Source: Tubulanus polymorphus (taxonomy: Eukaryota > Animalia > Nemertea). Taken from it: DNA of 64,000 nt. The notes beneath the pieces were generated by a model. It saw only the letters and a program-made list of their open reading frames with translations, had not been told where the DNA came from and did no database searches. The stretch spans positions 13,529,062 through 13,593,061 of the forward strand of contig NC_134034.1 of NCBI RefSeq assembly GCF_964204645.1. The letters run 5' to 3'. This document shows, in pieces, positions 1-34,968 of this stretch; the stretch's first letter is position 1, and each line of letters starts with the position of its first letter. Position numbers and translations under genes: made by a program.

Positions 1-1278
1 GAGAACCTCGTCGAACGAAGTCGACTTTAATACCGCTGCTGGTTTAATATTCGTTCGTAATTCTCCGTCGAAATGAACGAGAATTGTATCGATATAATTT
101 CCGTATTAAATACATTTTAAAACCGTAAATACGAGGACTGTATGAGAATTATACATCTATAATCTTGTATTAATACAAGTTGTACGGGAATGTACATCTC
201 GTATTGATGATATTAATACAGCTTGTACATGTATGATCAATTTAATACACCTTGTATGATCTGATGAAAATAGCTTGTATTAATACAGCCTGAACAGTGT
301 ATTGATATAGCACGTGCAGTGTATTAATACATGTGTACTTTGTATGATCTACATGAATAGAGCTTGTTCAATATATTGACACTGCTTGTACGAACGATTA
401 ATACATCTCGTATTAATACAGCTGTATGAAGTAGTAATACATCTCGTATTAATTCCGCAATACAGGAATACACACAATATATGTATATTAGCACATTCTT
501 AATGAAACTATACACAGTCGGCTAAATCTAATATATTTACAGTTATAGTTCGTTTTTAACTAGTACAAAGAACGTGAAATTTTTTCTAGATCGGTTTCAT
601 TCAATATCGGGATCTATTTCTTTCTGGCCTTGAACAAAGGTCGCGGTAACAACCACCGCCAGAAGGAGCATCGACTGCTTAATTCAAAGAATGTTGTATT
701 ATTTATTATTATTACGAAACAGTTAATACGACTATACATTGTATTAAACACTTCACGATAGCCACTTAAAGCTTAGATAGGTCTTCACAGTACACCGAGC
801 TCACAATTTAGCAACAAAGGCGCCACCTATACAATCATAAACCGCATATGTATACATATATTTTGAACACTATACTAGTACAAGTTTGTTTCAGTTGCTG
901 CCTTGTATTTGGAATTTTCATTATGCGTCGCTCAAGAGATACTTTTGAATGTATTACATGTAGTTTCAATAGAAACCTTTGGTCGATTATTTGTACGCGC
1001 TAAAGCCAGCAGCAGGGGTCAGTTACGTAGGCCAGGGAGGCGCTTACTGATGGAGGAGTGTATCTGGTTCTTAAGTAGAGTACATTCCAACCACAAACAT
1101 GGAGCTGGATGATCCACGGGTAAAATCAAACTCACACTGCTATAGCCACAATCAAACGGAGACATAGAGTGTCTAACTCGCCGGGGACTAAACCCATGTC
1201 AACTTTAGCTCCTGCCTGCTCTGACTTAGCCCTGTCATCAAAAGCTCATAGTGATTGTGACTTATATTGTTAGGTGCA

Positions 1279-1418
1279 GGGGCCAGTTGCACAGTTGTGA
1301 CTTAAGTCCAAAAGTGGTCTTAAATCTTGAGACTGGTCTTAAGTTGTTCGACTGGCTATAGAACTAAGTTGGTCTTAGACTGGTCTTAAGTCTAAGCCAT
1401 GACTATGCAACTGGCCCC
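1279..1418. mobile_element. MITE (PIF/Harbinger-like, family A)
   Basis: TIRs GGGGCCAGTTGCAcAGT / ACTaTGCAACTGGCCCC; related decayed copies near 14690-14960, 26780-26830, 48410-48655, 63500-63620. Confidence 0.8.
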
Positions 1419-1873
1419 GATGCCTCCCTGTGTCCACTATCTCTAACGAAGGTTCGATTGTTTCGATGTGAAACTGACTCCGGTTTACTGATCATTCAGC
1501 AACTTCAGTTTACAAACGATAAGTCGATATTTCACATGACAAAAACGCCCTACAAAAAACGTGGACAAGGAAATCGTCTTCGGGCCCAGAAAAGTTTTCT
1601 CGCCTTCAGAAAATAATCATTGATTCCATCATTTTTACTGCCGTGAAAAAACGACATAGAAACTAAATCTAATTTTCCAGATTCCATTTACTAGATTCTA
1701 CAGCGCCCAGAAAAAGGTGCATAAAGCGTACGAAGCGTATTGAGCTAAAACGATACAAATCCGGCGCGTGCGCCGCGTGTGAAAATAAGACGGATTTAAA
1801 TGAATCACAGCGAAAAAATAAGATACTACAGAAATAATTACTCGAATCGAGAAATCAGCTCTTTTTCGAGAAC

Positions 1874-2242
1874 ATGCAAATGAAAACCTAAGAAAGATCT
1901 AACAGGCTAAACAATCAATATTATTTCTTCTTGATTATTATTATTATGAATGCAGATTATATGCAAATTAGTGATGAAAAAGGATGCTTATTGGTCGTCC
2001 AGAGGGAACTGTAATTGCGCCGTGGTCTCAAGAGATGCAAATCAAAAACCGTATGCAAATAAGAGATGAATAGAGGTTGCTGATTGGCTGATCATTAGAA
2101 TGCATGCTATATGCAAATTAGTGATAAATAAAGATTGGTTGAAGGAAAGATTTGAATCATAACCTGACCTATCAATAAAACCATTATGCATGCAAATTAT
2201 CTATACCGGTATGCAAATTAGTCAGAAAATGTAGCCGATTGG
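1874..2242 (+). promoter_or_regulatory. Homotypic cluster of 7 perfect octamers (ATGCAAAT) with 4 ATTGG (reverse CCAAT) boxes
   Basis: Octamers at 1874, 1961, 2035, 2053, 2111, 2190, 2211; ATTGG at 1990, 2083, 2134, 2238. Confidence 0.5.
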
Positions 2243-2643
2243 TTGATGGATGAATATTTGACCTACATAATCGTCGTATAATACATAATAGATAAAAACT
2301 TGTTTATATATTTGAATAATTCACCGGTTCCGCAGTACGAACGGACATTTATCAGTTGCATAAGTTTTTCTTTATCGAAAATTTTAATGAACGTAATTCG
2401 TCTTTGCTGCTGCCTAGCGGTTAGTTGCAATGCCACGAAGTAAGGCCGTCTGGGTGACACGTTCCCAACTATTATTACCACATTTCGAAAGAAACGCGTT
2501 GAAATTTCTATCAGAGTGAAAATCATTATTTTTGCTTCGTTACCGGAAACAACTATAAACGGTTTTATTACTATATAGACTTGACAACGGTTCACTCCTA
2601 GAATTTCGGGTTAAATTTTTTAAAAATCTATTTTTGCTCAAAA

Positions 2644-2752
2644 CCCAGTTTCACAGTTGCGCATAATAGGAACTATGCAGTGGAAATTCGTTCATTTAGA
2701 TCATTTCTAAACTTAAGAGTCAAATTTAACCAACAACTGTGCAACCGGGACC
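2644..2752. mobile_element. Degenerate MITE
   Basis: CCCAGTTTCACAGTTG ... CAACTGTGCAACCGGG imperfect TIRs. Confidence 0.55.
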
Positions 2753-5151
2753 AGGATAAGAGGTGTCGGTGCTAAGAATTGGGAAATCGAGCGTGAATTA
2801 ACTTTTTGAACTTCTTTTACAAGAATTACAATATTCACAATATTCACAACAACAACGCACAGCAGAAGATAAAATCTGGCGAATTTTTCGTTTTTGCGAA
2901 TTTACAATTCACACCTCGCAACTCTCTTAAATATAGGAAAGAAAATAAATAGTGATGAAAGTCTGAGATAGGGAACCAGTCTCTTAGTATGATAACGATG
3001 AATATAAATATCTGGAAACCAGTCCAGTAGAATGAATGAATGAATGAATGAATGAATGAATGAATGAATGAGTGAATGAATGAAAATGAGGGGGTGTTCT
3101 ATCGGATCAATTGCGCAGAGTGGATTTTAAATTCATCGGAAGGGGAGTTCGCATGCATTCGAGATCCCTTTTTTTCAGTCAAGTTTATACAGAGGATGGG
3201 GCTATAAAACGCAGGGGGCCAGTTGTTTGATTACAGCCAAAACTGTGGATATGAATAACTATCGAAACTCAAACAAATCATTGAAATGGCCCCTGTAGAA
3301 ACCACCTCCCAGACTAGGCTTGCGGTTACGCAGCCATCAAATTGACCTCTATAGCCTGAAGGATCGAGAATAAGCTAAGACTAGTTTTAAACTCTGTTAA
3401 AAAACCAAACGCAAAGTTTCAGGAAAAACCGGCCGTTTGAACAGGTTATCATTACACACATGTTGATTCATACACAAACATCATATCATACAGAAAATGT
3501 GATTACTTATTAAAACTCAACGATAGTATTCCACCAATCAGGGCAAAGGTCGTACAGTTCATCCTTGAAATACACGAGACGATACTCATCATCATATCCC
3601 GCGCTACCGTTCAAGAGCACCATGGCTACCGTGGTTTGATTGTAGAGTTAACCGAGCGAAGACTGGCGAGTCATCGCTTGCCACAGTAACGAAGCCCGTA
3701 ACGCGTTTCAATTATACAAAGTTTATCGGTTCATTTGTTTTCGCAGATTTCAAAGACGTACAAATCAAAATCTATGATGATGTCATCCTTTAAAGGCGTG
3801 GTCTTTGGTTTTCTAAACGCCGCAACCTTTTTGCGTTAAACCTTTATCTTATTGACATGGAAAACACAATACAAGCATATTATATAAATACATACATAGC
3901 CAACAGCACAAACAAACATCCTGAACTTATGTTTGGCTTTGAAACGTCGATGAAAAAAGGAAGGAAGCCCAGAATTCAGCTTCATCATTAGAGCGAATTA
4001 AACTCGTACACGTACTCGTACAAAACTTGCTCAATTCACGCGATATTCAAGAGCTGTGTTTTATGCGGTAGAGACTGGTATTTACTTTAACCCAGGGATT
4101 GGTCAACTCAGTTGAATTTTAATTAAGGGCTTCGGGTTGGTCATTAGACCAGTTCCATTTTTAACCTGGGGTTTACCTTTTCGTCGATTAAGTGGCGACT
4201 ATACCATCGAACCCAGACATGAAAACCGACGCCATTTCATATGATGAGCAAGTTAGAATTTGTAACTATGGTGCTAGAGTCAAGGATGAACTGTTGAGCC
4301 AGTTTCTATTCACCACATCAAAAAAAGTGATTCCAACAAAACTTTTCAAAGTAAATCCATCCAGTCAAACTATCAACAGTAATTAATTGATTCAAACATG
4401 AAAAAATCATTCCCGCATTAAAAAGAAAATCAAGAAACTTCGGGGAGCAGAGGGGGGTTCGGGGCAGCGTTAGCGATCTGCGATTTTCGTAAATCGAATC
4501 ATTCTTCATATCTCTGTACAAATTGTGCGTATCATACGATTCAATCGAAATTACGACCAATCGCAGATCACTTCCTGCCCGATCCCCGCGGCATGGCTAG
4601 TTCCATCCCCGAAAATGCCGATAATTTCAACATTCAGCGCAAACAATCGTTAGTTTGACTATTTGTGATCTAAGAAGAGCCGAACGTTCTTAAGTCGGAA
4701 CTATAGCCCGGAAATAGTCGATGTAGTTCGGACCTTGTTTCAAGATGGCCGACATTGTGAAATACGTAACGATTGAACTATAGTGCGTTCCTCATCAGTT
4801 TCGACTAACTACAATAACTGAAGTTCAGTTATTACAGGATATAGTTGAGGTGGCGGCCATCTTTGTTTAGCGTGAGGAACCACCGGTTACAGAATGACAG
4901 GAAGAAACCCCACGTAATCAGTCCACCAATCAGGAGATGCGTCGGAAAATACTGTCTAGACCAATCAGGAAATACCATACATGTACATTACACATCGCGA
5001 TAAACTTACAAAAAACTAGAAAATCAAATAATGGGTAAAAATCACTAGCGATAAACCACGGAAATCATCGCCGTGGATACTCTTCTTTCAATGTGGAAAG
5101 TCGTATTATTGAATTTGATTTTTGAATTCGTCGTCCTCATACTACGGTTTA

Positions 5152-28164
<23,013 letters not shown>

Positions 28165-28450
28165 TTTTGAACTGCGATTGAACTGGGAAATCCCTGTTTG
28201 ACGCGCTTCCTGGTTTTACTACGCTACACTCTGCGCGTAGTAGTAGAGGCAGTGACGTCACTCATAAATCTGGGCGGTCGCTCGTTAACGTTCGGTGATC
28301 TCCGGCGTAGCAGCCGTAGAAACCCGAACCGGCGTCGGTAATCTCCGGCGAATCCGAACGCCTCGCTCGGCGATGAACTACATTTTCTAAAATCGAATCG
28401 ATAATTCAAATATTTGCTATCGCTTCGGTGAAAATTATGATAAGGACAAA
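28165..28450. promoter_or_regulatory. Putative bidirectional CpG-rich promoter between the Ig gene and the MRL-like gene
   Basis: CpG-dense stretch immediately 5' of the Ig ATG; ETS-like CTTCCTG at ~28206; perfect CRE TGACGTCA at 28253-28260; divergent exons begin <1.5 kb away. Confidence 0.5.
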
Positions 28451-28936
28451 GGAAAATGATATTTAAATTTCAATTTTACTATTTTTTTTATTTGCGCGCC
28501 ATCTATACGCACGCGAAATTCGCTGCATAAATTCAATCAGTCTTTATTCAACATCTTCGTCGTGTCCATGAAGTCATGTAGCATTTATCAGCTCAATCTT
28601 TCGCCCAAACTGAATGAACATTTTAGAGTGATTATCTTCAGTAAATTAATTCGCTTTTTGGCTCGTTCTCAGCTATTACACCCTAAATTCTACCAGCTCG
28701 GCCGCACTGCTGGCAAACAATCTTGCAAATTCTCATATAGGCCCCCCAACTATCCGCCTGATATTATACTAATTTTGCAGCACCGCTTCAATTACCATAT
28801 ATTTATTAATTACTTTTCAAAATTTGTCTTCGTAGCCGTATATTGGACGATTTTCCCTATTTCTGCATCCTCGCCTGCCGGTGTGAGATTGCAATCAAAC
28901 CCCGGCAACCGAGGATGTTTTTATTTCTGGTTTTAG

Positions 28937-29149
28937 TTCGTAAATCTATCGCCAGATGTCGGTAGCAGCCAGTTCAGAATCTCAGTACAGAGCAGCCACA
29001 GTCTGGAGCAGAATCTCCCGAGTAAAACATGACTCCGGCGCTGCTGGTGATGACTAATTTTCGCCTTGCGGTGGTAAAAAACTCGGATATTACTTGTCAT
29101 GGATTTAAATTAGCGCGAATACCCGTCGAAAACTAAACTCAGCAGTCAT
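28937..29149 (+). other. Putative 5'-UTR exon of the MRL-like gene ending in AT (first two bases of a split start codon)
   Basis: ttctggttttag acceptor; gtcAT|gtaagt strong donor at 29150; joining to G at 33224 gives gtcATGG in the coding frame, with an in-frame upstream TAA. Confidence 0.45.
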
Positions 29150-29604
29150 GTAAGTAACGATTTAGGGTTTTTGAAGGGGGTAAAATGAGGAGGGGGAGAA
29201 TTCTGTCGATGGCAGGGGGCTCTGATCCGACCGACGTCGAGTCTGGCGCCTGGAGTACTGATCGATATTATTTCCTGGATCTGTCAGCCATAGATGATGA
29301 GTCATAATTTCGTAGCTGCTAGGAAACGTGGGTGGTGCCCATATTATGCCACCTGTGTATCACTGGGTCAGAGGTCGGATATAGGATGAGTCATTCTCAG
29401 TGTAGGTGGTAGTTTAGAAATAGCAGAATTTCTCAATATTTTGCCCGATCAGCAGCAATCTTTTAAGAAGAGGTGATGCTACCATCGGCATCATCATCAA
29501 CGCAGGAGCGTTAAGGAGCTGATTATGTCTTTGAGATCTATATTTTACAACCGATAAGCTCCTTAATTTCGAAAAAAAAACTGGTACGTGGATCATCAAT
29601 CGTG

Positions 29605-29798
29605 ATGGGCAGTCTGGATATTATATTTTTACCCCCGCCCGAGGTTTTCCGCGATGAGGACAATATCAACAAGATGAATGTCGTTCGTCGTTCGTCAGAA
29701 TCGACAGCCACCGCTGCTGCTGCTGCTACTGCTGCTGCTGCTGCTGTCGATTCCGTTGATTCCTGCGATTCTGATTGCGGTTGGTCGGATACTGAATG
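29605..29798 (+). CDS. RAPH1: Alternative first coding exon of the MRL-family (Lamellipodin/RIAM/pico) adaptor
   Basis: MGSLDIIFLPPPEVFRDED...SDCGWSDTE, TG|gtacgt phase-2 donor; completes Trp with the G at 33224 and stays in frame. Confidence 0.6.
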
Positions 29799-31926
29799 GT
29801 ACGTATATCCGTAGTAGGGTTATCTGGAAGCACGATGTGGACTTTAGTTTTGGCTCCAAAAATATAAAAGGGTGGCATCAGTTGGACTTATTTTTTGGTT
29901 GCACCGATACATATGGGTGGCTCCATATGGACTTCGTTTTGGTTCCAGGTAATATTAGAAGGTGGTTTTGGCTGCATTTACATATGAGGGTGACTCCATA
30001 TAGAATTGCTTTTTGCCCCTGAGTGATGATTTTACTGGGTGGCTCCAAGTGGGTGGACTAGAATTGGCTCTGGAGATATCAAAATGGGTAGCTCCGATTG
30101 GTTTTGGATCTGTCAAAGGGTGGCCCCGAATGGATTTGCTTTTGGCATTGGTTTAGGATGTCAAAAGTTTTCAAAGTAGTTTTGAAATATTTCTTCAGGA
30201 GAGGTATTTCAGATTTTTGAGTGTCTCAAGTGAGGCCCCATAGATCCGCGCCTGGTGTAGATTATCTTTTTTAGTTCCACCCCTGAGAATGAATATGAGT
30301 CGGTCTATAGATTACACTGTTGGCTACTTGTAACGACACTGTGTGCTCCAGTCCTAGATTAGGGCTTTAATTTGTAAATTGGTCATCGACCTGATATTAA
30401 TTATGTTTAATGATATCGATCAGCATGTTGACATAGGGGTTTCACACTTATCTGTGAAAGTCTTAATTAGTTAATTAGTCGCTGTAGCTGTAATTTAGGT
30501 AATTATTGCGATGATGATTGGGCCCGACTGCTTCACTTGGTCTAAACATATCTCTGTGAAATTATAACTAACTTTAGGTAGGCCTTTCACAATCAGCCCC
30601 ACAAGAGTCAACTGGTTCATGTACAGATTGCTCATCGGTCGGACTTTGGCTTGTCATCTTTGGCTCTAGGCCTATGTTTAGTTATCTTTCATTCAGAGGC
30701 CTAAATGTTTACAGTGTGGGTTTTTATTTGTTAACTCTACGCTGAGATTTATATCAGTTCACCGCAGTAGTTGTCACAGTTATTGAATTTGAAACGCCAA
30801 AATTGATGATGGGATGTATTGCACATAAACTCACGCTAAAAGTTATCACTGAGTAATAATATTTTTGTAATGGTTTTTTCAGCATTACAAACCGTATGTA
30901 TATATAGGGCCTACTGTACGGTTTGTGTTTGTGGTGTCAGTGCATAGCTATGTTTGAATCATCATCATCATCGTCATCATCATCATCGTCATGTACGGAA
31001 TGTCGGCTATAAAATTCCAACAGTCGAATTAACACCCGATTAAAAATACGACGACCCAATAGCTCTACGCTCTCTCACTCCCTCACTCGCTGTTTGTCAT
31101 CTGATGATAGGAAATAATTACTGTCAGTGGTGAATCAATGATAGTCTACTATCGGTATATACTGTGTCATCGCATTACTAGAAACAGGCGGAGACCTGTC
31201 CCAGTTGCGCGGCGCTCTGCTGCTGTTTAAATAACATTAAGAGTGTTCAATATGCTAGAATCTCTTCGAGTCAATCTTTAGGAAACGACTCATTTTTTTT
31301 CGTAATTTCTAGGGTTTATAGGAGAAATATTTTCAATTTGAATTATCAATAGTCCGGTGAATAGCGCTGTGACTCATTAACGCTATCAAGTCCTATATGT
31401 ATATATGTATCTGTGTATATCGATGTTAATAGGGAATAGGGAAAGTCTACTAGTTGGCGATGTAATCGTTTGTATTTGGGGTATATTTTGATAGATATGA
31501 GATAAATGCAATAATGCCAGTCTAGCTGTATATATAGACCTAGCTAGCCTATAATATTTTTCATTAGGAAAATAACTTTTTTTTTTCTATACGTGAATAA
31601 ATCATGGATGATGCGAAGCTTTTGACCTTATTGAGATTGAGGTCTGGGACGGAGAAATCAATTTGCTTTATTACGATTTATAGGCTGCACGGCGTAGATT
31701 GTTATATTTAATCATTACGATAAAGCTGTATTATTGCCAACCGTGTAATAGTCGGTTGTCAATTGGTCCGATATCTCTGGTAATGGTCCGCCGTCGTCGG
31801 TCCGATATCTCGCCTCAGCTTTTAACGGAAAAGCTTTCAAATATATGGCTTCATCATCTGATTCTGTCGAAGAGTGTCATAATTGTATTCATCGGCAGTT
31901 AGAACTTTTCGAACTTTTCCACTCAT

Positions 31927-32080
31927 CGCCCGTGAATTTAGTTGGGGCTCATATAGCCTACAGGATCCCTACGATTCACCGCCCGTGAATTTAGTTGGGG
32001 CTCATATAGCCTACAGGGTCCCTACGATTCACCGCCCGTGAATTTAGTTGGGGCTCATATAGCCTACAGGGTCCCTACGA
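31927..32080 (+). repeat. 53-bp tandem repeat
   Basis: ~3 copies. Confidence 0.9.
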
Positions 32081-32607
32081 CTCCTTGATTCTTTAAAGAC
32101 GCCTTCTAAACGGAAAATGCTTTTAAAGCTGCTCGAACCTCTTTTAATTTGAGTTAAATATTTGTAGTTAAGATTAAATCGGTACAGATGGGATCTGGAT
32201 TTGTTTTTACCCAATAAGGCTGTTACAATCATGTACAGTAACGATGGTTTGAATTCTATGAGTCTGATATATTATCTCTCTAAGTATGTGACTTGTCTTT
32301 TGTTGGACAAAAATTATGAGGATATTTTCCTGCAAAACATTTTTGATTCATACACAGACGTAATAGCATTTTATGAATACTGTTGTTGTTCGTTGTATAA
32401 GTTTTATGCCCATTCACAGTTCTAGCGTTCGTATAGGCTCGTTGTAGCATATTTTTTTGCCTCGAGGCTTATAGAAAATATGCGAATTTTTTGTCTAGGT
32501 TTAATGAAATGGTTTCCCGGAATTTTAATCGGATGTCCTGATTTTTAGGCTGTATAGAAAGTTTGACTTCTTTTTTGCAATTGAATTCAGCTGTTAATCA
32601 GGGCTTA

Positions 32608-33137
32608 AGTCTCAACTTAACCACAGTAAGAGACAGAGTCTACTGTATTTCACAAACTCTTACTCAGTATTTGACACCAACTCGGGGTAGAATTTTACCA
32701 GTCTCAACTTTACCGCAGTAAGAGACAGAGTCTACTGTATTTCACAAACTCTTACTCAGTATTTGACACCAACTCGGGGTAGAATTTTACCTGTCTCAAC
32801 TTTACCGCAGTAAGAGACAGAGTCTACTGTATTTCACAAACTCTTACTCAGTATTTGACACCAACTCGGGGTAGATTTTTACCAGTCTCAACTTTACCGC
32901 AGTAAGAGACAGAGTCTACTGTATTTCACAAACTCTTACTCAGTATTTGACACCAACTCGGGGTAGAATTTTACCAGTCTCAACTATACCGCAGTAAGAG
33001 ACAGAGTCTACTGTATTTCACAAACTCTTACTCAGTATTTGACACCAACTCGGGGTAGAATTTTACCAGTCTCAACTTTACCACGGTAAGAGACAGAGTC
33101 TACTGTATTTCACAAACTTACTCAGTATTTGATACCA
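32608..33137 (+). repeat. 92-bp tandem repeat
   Basis: ~5.7 near-identical copies ending ~90 bp upstream of the exon at 33224. Confidence 0.95.
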
Positions 33138-33223
33138 GCACTTCAGAATCCAAATCCACATAAGCCCCATGAAATTGAAAATATGATTCCAACTTGTACT
33201 ATGTTATTTGTTGATTATTTTAG

Positions 33224-33347
33224 GGATACAGATTGCGAGTATGTTTACAAAGCTCAAAGCGATGTCGAAGTTGACAGTGATTATGATTTTGAAGATTCAA
33301 CAGATGAACTCGGAACCTGGTTAGGTCAACTTCAAAGCCTCAGCGGG
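33224..33347 (+). CDS. RAPH1: MRL-family adaptor exon with acidic stretch and talin-binding-helix-like motif
   Basis: attattttag acceptor, GGG|gtaagt phase-0 donor; DTDCEYVYKAQSDVEVDSDYDFEDSTDELGTWLGQLQSLSG resembles the Lamellipodin N-terminus as recalled (..EEDSDKEDQDLDKMFGAWLGELDKLTQSL) and RIAM TBS1. Confidence 0.7.
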
Positions 33348-33501
33348 GTAAGTAGGGTTAATTACTTCATAGAAAATGATGCATTGTAGGATTTAGAGGT
33401 TTATGACAAAACAGAGTTGTGCATTTTGATATGCTGGACCTGGTTTCACATAGGTAGGGTCATAAATACATAAAGATGATGTATTCATGTATTTTGGTAG
33501 G

Positions 33502-33620
33502 ATTTAACTCTGGATCCAGTTCCACAGTTGTGTGGGTTAGGTTTTACTGTTGGTCCAGTTCCACAGTTGTTTGGGTTCACTGTTACTGTGGGTCCAGTTG
33601 TACAGGTTTAATTTGACTTT
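33502..33620 (-). repeat. 39-bp minisatellite, short decayed array
   Basis: GGATCCAGTTCCACAGTTGTGTGGGTT repeats. Confidence 0.75.
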
Positions 33621-34795
33621 GAGTTGAATGAATTCAAACTGTTGCACATAATGCGGTGACAGCTCTCAAGTTCATCAGGCGACCGGGGCTCTAGGACCGA
33701 CCTTCGCTCAGTCGTATGTTTATAGGCCAGCTGGCTCTAAATGACCTTCACCTCCGTACCAAGAGGCGCTGAACGCGTGATCAATCATTGAAAACGATAT
33801 AATCACAATTATTAGACAAATTCCTCCTGATCTGATTAGAGCGCGCGAGGGATGAAAGAAGGAAAGTGAAGCCGTTAATCCCGTGAGTGAAGAACTCTGA
33901 ATCCCCGGTCGGTCGAGCCCCTGTACGTATATAGACGTGTAGGATCTGTTATGATCTATTTTATGGATGTCGACGACGGTCATTATTGAGAAAACGGATT
34001 AACCGATAACGTTTGGCTGGCTCCAGCAATCTGCCACCGCCGCCGCCCTCGGCAGACTACTGACATATCTGTCTATATGAGCTGTAATACGTGTCGAGAA
34101 TTCATATATCTTTATCATCATTCTCTGAATGTGGCCTGTGCGCTGTGGCCGCTGATACAGTTATATCATCCGATTAAATCCACTCTTACGTTTATTCAAA
34201 CGGACAGAAACCCTCGTTTTTGTTTCAGGAAAAGTATCGAATTGAAATAGCGCCATGAGTGCATTGTCGAAATTAGTTAATTATCGATTCATTGAATTCT
34301 TACTTGATGTTTAGTAGAATCCTCTATTGCCATAATAGATGATGTCCTACTGCACACTAGTGACACCTGGTGGATCCTCACTTGCCACAAGTGGAGTCCT
34401 CTATTGCCACAGTGGTTGATGTCCTACTGCACACTAGTGACACCTGGTGGACCTTCACTCGCTTAACCAATACACGCCCATCGCGAGTCAAAGGGTCGTC
34501 CAGACTCTCTGGAAACAAGTATCGCCCTCTGGCTATCGATCGATGAATTGAATCGGAGGTGATGAAAGTCCATTTGTCGCGGTCGACCGGATTCGGGCTC
34601 GTTGTTTCCACGCCTAATTAAACTTTAAAACTAGGCAGACCTATTATTAGAAAATGAAATGATATCATTGATGACAATCTTCATGTTTAATGAGGGGGAA
34701 GAGACTCGGTTGATAATTGCTTCATAACCGATGCCCGAACAACAAAGACAGTTTTCAATTGTTACTAATACTAGAATTATACATCCAGGTGCGCA

Positions 34796-34968
34796 TAGAT
34801 CTGCGATAGATCTGCGATAGATCTGCGGTAGATCTGCGATAGATCTGCGATAGATCTGCGATAGATCTGCGATAGATCTGCGATAGATCTGCGATAGATC
34901 TGCGATAGATCTGCGATAGATCTGCGATAGATCTGCGGTAGATCTGCGATAGATCTGCGATAGATCTG
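34796..34968. repeat. 11-bp minisatellite TAGATCTGCGA
   Basis: ~15 copies. Confidence 0.95.

Noticed and set aside
2263-2595. 110-aa minus-strand ORF ending at a gtagg donor-like site
   Set aside because: No recognisable protein features and no matching downstream exon found
3917-3952. Hammerhead-like CATC-CTGAAC...GAAACGTC-GATG
   Set aside because: Stem I and the GUC site fit, but the CUGANGA core is broken and stem II does not pair; at best a dead relic
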